A stretch of 64,000 bases of DNA from contig CM082590.2 of NCBI GenBank assembly GCA_040954595.2, positions 4,092,001 through 4,156,000 of the forward strand, given 5' to 3'. Each line of letters starts with the position of its first letter. Positions within the stretch are counted from its first letter, which is position 1. Positions 63,421 through 64,000 of this stretch are shown piece by piece. A model generated the notes under the pieces. That model saw nothing but the letters and a program-made list of their open reading frames with translations, had not been told where the DNA came from and made no database searches. A program made the position numbers and the translations under genes. Source of the stretch: Balanoglossus misakiensis. Its lineage: Eukaryota > Animalia > Hemichordata.

Positions 63421-64000
63421 ATGTCTAAGAGAGTATTTGGTAGTTCCTATTGTGATATTTCTGATTCTGGTTCACACTTGTCAGGTGTTGAAGCTCTTCC
63501 AGTTGAATCATCTGACACAGAAAGCATAGAAATTCCACCAGCTCGCAGTGCAGAGAGGCCTAAGCGACTCTTTCCGGCTAAATATTTCTATGGGTCTAAT
63601 AAGAAAAAGCAGAGGAAATCAAAACAGCCAAATAAACAGGATTTGAGGAAAAAAATTGACTGTCCAGTAGATGACTGCTCTGCCAAAGTGTTCAAGCTTA
63701 AAAGGCACCTAATGCAGATGCATGATGTCCCTGAAATGAGGGCGTTATTGATGACATCAAAGCACGCAACAATAAAAAGAATGGAAAGAGGGGCAAATCG
63801 AGACAGACCTTACCATCAATGTCCCCTCGATTGTGGTGCTACGGTTAAAAGACTGGACAAGCACCTGATGAATACTCACCGGTACGAGAGGGGGGATCCT
63901 CGTCTGGCGAATATTTTAGCCGACGCAAAAAAAAAATATTACAAAAAGGCCGCGTTAGAAAGGAAGGCTCGTAAACAATCAACCGTATCAAACGCATCTA
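63421..64000 (+). CDS. Intronless ORF (193+ aa, runs off window end) with two C2H2-like zinc fingers, probably transposon-encoded
   Basis: MSKRVFG...CPVDDCSAKVFKLKRHLMQMH...CPLDCGATVKRLDKHLMNTH...; no stop before 64000, so absent from the ORF track. Confidence 0.7.
   Translation, partial: MSKRVFGSSYCDISDSGSHLSGVEALPVESSDTESIEIPPARSAERPKRLFPAKYFYGSNKKKQRKSKQPNKQDLRKKIDCPVDDCSAKVFKLKRHLMQMHDVPEMRALLMTSKHATIKRMERGANRDRPYHQCPLDCGATVKRLDKHLMNTHRYERGDPRLANILADAKKKYYKKAALERKARKQSTVSNAS

Overview
AT-rich, repeat-dense eukaryotic (invertebrate animal) DNA; the repeat families and gene style suggest a marine deuterostome such as a hemichordate, which is inference only. The main feature is a complete 23-exon minus-strand gene assembled by hand from GT-AG splice sites (40619->11688, 3819 nt in frame, about 1272 aa). 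It encodes a kinase-less DAPK-like ROCO protein: N-cap + 14 internal ankyrin repeats + C-cap - Roc GTPase - COR - death domain. Each ankyrin repeat is its own phase-0 exon inside tandemly duplicated exon+intron cassettes. In the pairs I counted, the introns are more conserved than the exons and the exon changes are non-synonymous and concentrated on ankyrin binding-surface positions, suggesting a diversifying, shuffled, DARPin-like intracellular receptor. Upstream (44.8-47.0 kb) lie three orphan single exons resembling unrelated housekeeping genes (hnRNP A, ALIX/PDCD6IP, ELAC2). The rest is MITEs, a tandem Helentron-type array, a hAT transposase relic, L2 fragments, several mini/satellites, and a large duplicated element with telomere-like repeats leading into a zinc-finger ORF that runs off the window end.
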